Shown one piece after another: positions 60,487-64,000 of a stretch of 64,000 nucleotides of DNA. The notes under the pieces are model-generated. The model searched no databases. It was not told the origin of the DNA and worked only from the letters and a program-made list of their open reading frames with translations. The position numbers and the translations under genes are program-made. The stretch lies in the NCBI GenBank assembly GCA_050246315.1, contig JBFWWG010000016.1, positions 18,193 through 82,192 on the forward strand, in the 5' to 3' direction. Numbering within the stretch: the stretch's first letter is position 1; each line of letters begins with the position of its first letter. The DNA is from Nitrospiraceae bacterium (lineage in GTDB: Bacteria; Nitrospirota; Nitrospiria; Nitrospirales; Nitrospiraceae).

Positions 60487-60957
60487 ATGGAGGTGAATCT
60501 CAGCACTGCGTTGCGATCGCCTCGCGCGGAGCTTGGTGGATATGTGATTCTGCCTCGGGTGATCGACAAGGTCAGGTTGAATTCGAGGGGGTTGCTCCCC
60601 CAGGAATATGTCAGGAATCTCTTGGGATCGAGTGCAACGACGTTGGACGGCCGGTTGCTCGAATTCACGGGACTTGATGGAGAGGCATTGAAGGAAAGGA
60701 TCTTGTCTGTAGATTCAGATGAGGCGGTTCTCGACTGGATCGAGAGTTGTGCTCGACCTCATTCCGCAGCAGAGAAACAGGAGTGGTCAAGACAGATCGA
60801 GTCATATCGGGCTGACCAGGCAAGGCTCATGTTCCGCAAGGAGGTCTATCCAGACTTGGCGCGGCAAGTAGATGTGGGGGCTCTGAACGTGTTCGACTTG
60901 ATCGATATCGATGAAGGAAGGATTCCGATTCCGAATCAGGTCGAGCGGGCGAGGTGA
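60487..60957 (+). CDS. DUF5069-like hypothetical protein
   Basis: RSPR..LGGYV.LPR.IDK.R...LP.EY...LDGRLLEF.G...FDLID.DEGR. Confidence 0.75.
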   Translation: MEVNLSTALRSPRAELGGYVILPRVIDKVRLNSRGLLPQEYVRNLLGSSATTLDGRLLEFTGLDGEALKERILSVDSDEAVLDWIESCARPHSAAEKQEWSRQIESYRADQARLMFRKEVYPDLARQVDVGALNVFDLIDIDEGRIPIPNQVERAR

Positions 60958-60981
60958 TCGTCCTGTGGAAAGGGGAGCGTT

Positions 60982-61854
60982 GTGAGCATTCTCGTCAATA
61001 AGAATACGCGGGTGGTGGTGCAGGGGATTACGGGCAAGGAAGGCTCGTTCCACGCGACACAGTGCAAAGCCTACGGCACGCAGGTGGTTGCTGGCGTGAC
61101 GCCGGGAAAGGCCGGCCAGCAGGTCGAGGGCATTCCGGTCTTCAACACCGTCAGAGAGGCGGTGAAGAACACCCAGTGCGACACCTCGCTGATTTTTGTG
61201 CCCCCGCCGTTCGCGGCCGATGCGATTCTGGAAGCGGCCGATGCGGGCGTGAAGCTCATCGTCTGCATCACCGAAGGCATCCCGGTGAACGACATGGTGC
61301 GGGCGAAGCGGGCCTTGCATGGCCGAGACGTGCGGCTGATCGGTCCCAACTGCCCCGGCATCATTACGGTGGACGAGGCCAAGATCGGCATCATGCCGGG
61401 GTTTATCCATAAGCGAGGCGTGGTCGGGGTCGTCTCCCGAAGTGGCACCCTCACCTATGAAGCCGTACATCAACTCTCCACGCTCGGACTGGGCGAAACC
61501 ACCTGCGTCGGCATCGGAGGAGATCCGGTCAACGGGACGAGTTTCGTCGATGTCCTGCCGCTGTTCGAGAACGATCCCGAAACCCAGGCGATCGTCATGA
61601 TCGGCGAGATTGGCGGCGATGCCGAGGAAAAGGCGGCCGAGTTCATCAAGAAAAATGTGAAGAAGCCGGTGGTCAGCTTCATCGCCGGTATCACGGCGCC
61701 GCCGGGCCGCCGCATGGGCCATGCCGGGGCGATCATCAGCGGAGGCAAGGGAACCGCCTCGGAAAAGATGAAGGCGCTTGAAGCAGCGGGCGTGCGCGTG
61801 GTGAAGAATCCAGCCGAAATCGGCACGACAGTAAAAACCGCGCTCGGGCGGTAG
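60982..61854 (+). CDS. sucD: Succinyl-CoA synthetase alpha subunit
   Basis: [28 protein letters not shown]. Confidence 0.97.
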   Translation: MSILVNKNTRVVVQGITGKEGSFHATQCKAYGTQVVAGVTPGKAGQQVEGIPVFNTVREAVKNTQCDTSLIFVPPPFAADAILEAADAGVKLIVCITEGIPVNDMVRAKRALHGRDVRLIGPNCPGIITVDEAKIGIMPGFIHKRGVVGVVSRSGTLTYEAVHQLSTLGLGETTCVGIGGDPVNGTSFVDVLPLFENDPETQAIVMIGEIGGDAEEKAAEFIKKNVKKPVVSFIAGITAPPGRRMGHAGAIISGGKGTASEKMKALEAAGVRVVKNPAEIGTTVKTALGR

Positions 61855-62125
61855 ATCCTCATCCGATACCCGAACTCCGTATCCGGGGAGAAGGAGATCC
61901 ATGCGTTCGGCGTGATCCGGACCGGACTCGCTCCGTCTTCCTCCGTAAAGCTTTCTCTTCCAATTCTTCTTCCATTCGTGATACGCTCCATAACCAAGGA
62001 GTCTGATCACCTTCCGACTCGTCTCTGACCCGTCATCCTGATCCTGTCCGTACGGCGCACCGTCGTCTTGAAGCCGCACTCATACCTTAAGCGGCGATCA
62101 CCGAAGAAAGAAGAGGCGTTCCCGC

Positions 62126-63760
62126 GTGTTGATCTTCCTCATCCACGTTCGTGACCCGCAATTCTATGCCTTGCCGGCCAAGACCCGCGCCAAAAACGGG
62201 CGCCTGCGGATCATGGGCTTCCCTCCGATCGGGATCATGTCGCTTTCGGCGGTGCTGAAGCAGGCCGGCCACGAGTGCGTGATGTTCGACCAGGCCAACC
62301 CGGAGACTCCGAACGAGGTCATCGTCGACGCCATCAACCGCTGCCGGCCGGCGCTCGTTGGCCTGAGCTTTTTGAGCACGACCAGCTATCCCTATGCCAA
62401 GATTCTGGCCCGACAGATCCGCGCGGTGAACGGTCAAGTCAAGCTGGCGTTCGGCGGGGTCTTTGCGAGCCTGAACGCCTCGCTGGTGAAGCTCCAATGT
62501 CCGGAGGTGGATTTCGTCTGCCGCGGCGACGGAGAGCAGCTCATTCTCGACTTGATTGAACGGTTCGATGATCCGGCAGAGGTGGCCGGGGTGACCTGGG
62601 CGAAGGACGGCAAGGTCGTCCAGAATCCCAATCGCGTGATGGAGCGGAACCTGGACCAGTGGCCGTTTCCGGACCGGGAGAGCCTGGACCTCGACTTTGT
62701 CGAATCGATGCCGTTGGACGTGCCCGCCGTGCTCTCCATGGAACGGTTCACAACCATGCAAACCTCCCGGGGCTGTCCCTGGCCATGCGTGTTCTGCGAC
62801 ATCCCGATTTTCAACGAGGGGAAATGGCGGGCCAGAAGCCCGCAACATGTCGTGGCCGAGTTAAAGCACCTGGAAGAGCAGGGCTACGGGTCCGTCTATT
62901 TCGTGGACGACCACTTCCTGCTCCAGCCCAAACGCATCGACGCGATCTGCAACGGCATCAATCAGGAGCGGCTGACGATCCAGTGGGGCATCGAGGGCCG
63001 AGTGGATTCGGTGGCGCAGCATCTGTTTCCGGCGATGGCCAAAGCCCACTGCCGAACGGTCATGTTCGGCATCGAGAGCGGAAGCCAGAAGATCCTCGAC
63101 CGCCTGCAGAAGGAGCAGACGCTGGAAGAGGTCGAGACGGCGGTGAAGAACGCCAAGCGGGCCGGTATTGAGATCGTGCACGGCTTCTTCACCGTTGGGA
63201 ATCCCGATGAAACGGTGGAGGATATGCAGGCGACCTTCGATTTTGCCTCCAAACTACCGTTGGACACGTTCGGGTTTAATCGCCTCTGTGTCTATCGAGG
63301 CACACCCTTATGGCAGGAATATGTGAAACGAGGGTTGGTCAACGAGGCGACCGATTGGTACAAGTACTTCAAGTGCTCAGAGATCGATCCGACCTGCTTG
63401 GCGGGTGAGATGATCAACCGGGTTCGTCAAGAGGGTCTGCGACGGCTGTTCCTCTACAAATTCCTCCACTACCCCGTTCAAACCTACAGGCTCCTCCGCC
63501 GGTTCCTGCGCTTCATGCCGGTGCGTGACGTGGTCTACCTGATCATGAAGCCCTTCTTGGGGCAGAAAAGGGGCGCGACCAAGGCAGAGGTTCTGTCGCG
63601 GGCGGTCGAGCATGCCGACATGAAAGATGCTGCGGCGCAACTCACCCAACTAACCGACGACATGCTGAACAATGTGCTGAATGAATCGAGAGCCGAACGG
63701 TTTCGTATTCAGCAGGAGGCCGAAGGGCCCCGAGAGTTGCCGATGGTTCCCACTCGGTAG
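62126..63760 (+). CDS. Cobalamin-binding radical SAM protein
   Basis: FPPIGIMSLSA B12-binding domain, TSRGCPWPCVFC, FVDDHF, FGIESGS. Confidence 0.9.
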   Translation: MLIFLIHVRDPQFYALPAKTRAKNGRLRIMGFPPIGIMSLSAVLKQAGHECVMFDQANPETPNEVIVDAINRCRPALVGLSFLSTTSYPYAKILARQIRAVNGQVKLAFGGVFASLNASLVKLQCPEVDFVCRGDGEQLILDLIERFDDPAEVAGVTWAKDGKVVQNPNRVMERNLDQWPFPDRESLDLDFVESMPLDVPAVLSMERFTTMQTSRGCPWPCVFCDIPIFNEGKWRARSPQHVVAELKHLEEQGYGSVYFVDDHFLLQPKRIDAICNGINQERLTIQWGIEGRVDSVAQHLFPAMAKAHCRTVMFGIESGSQKILDRLQKEQTLEEVETAVKNAKRAGIEIVHGFFTVGNPDETVEDMQATFDFASKLPLDTFGFNRLCVYRGTPLWQEYVKRGLVNEATDWYKYFKCSEIDPTCLAGEMINRVRQEGLRRLFLYKFLHYPVQTYRLLRRFLRFMPVRDVVYLIMKPFLGQKRGATKAEVLSRAVEHADMKDAAAQLTQLTDDMLNNVLNESRAERFRIQQEAEGPRELPMVPTR

Positions 63761-64000
63761 TCCATCCTTGTTGCCAGCCTCCTCTATCAGGCTGCGGAGA
63801 AAACATCCGTTCATCCTTCGAGGGCCTCAGAACGAACGGAGCGGTCATTGAATAGACTGGCGTTTTCGATCGCGCTGAGACCTGTATGATGGTTGTCAGG
63901 TGTCAGTACATGTCCTCTTTCGTGAGTATGATGGTGCATCGCATCGCCATGGCGCGTAAGGAGGACTTCCGATGAGACAGCACGCGTTTGTTCCCCGTGA

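Noticed and set aside
61855..62125. Cobalamin riboswitch or precursor peptide upstream of the second radical SAM gene
   Set aside because: No B12-box or GGGAA core recognised; only a 4-codon ORF (MRSA*) follows the SD-like sequence.

Overview
A GC-rich bacterial chromosomal window. Gene content (five-subunit 2-oxoacid:ferredoxin oxidoreductase, ATP-citrate lyase, the rest of a reductive TCA cluster, and rpsF-ssb-rpsR-yceD-rpmF-plsX-fab synteny) points to Nitrospira/Nitrospirota; this is an inference. Core blocks: ribosomal and fatty-acid genes (3.8-13.3 kb), folD-metF-panB (16-18.6 kb), a c-di-GMP/hybrid histidine kinase cluster with apaH and queF (24-36 kb), forBCEDA (36.8-41 kb) and aclBA-acn-icd-frdBA-sucCD (48.8-61.9 kb). 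Three accessory patches lie between them. (1) At 0.2-3.7 kb, a 78-aa Trp/Pro-motif peptide gene lies directly upstream of a cobalamin-binding radical SAM gene. This is the best candidate for an undescribed RiPP-like system. (2) At 18.6-23.1 kb are integron-like cassettes with attC sites but no integrase, a synonymously diverged duplicate of the panB 3' end, MITEs, an IS110 remnant and several decayed toxin-antitoxin loci. (3) At 42.7-45.7 kb is a second attC array carrying a formate/nitrite channel and a HEPN-like gene. All calls come from motif reading by eye; no database searches were run.
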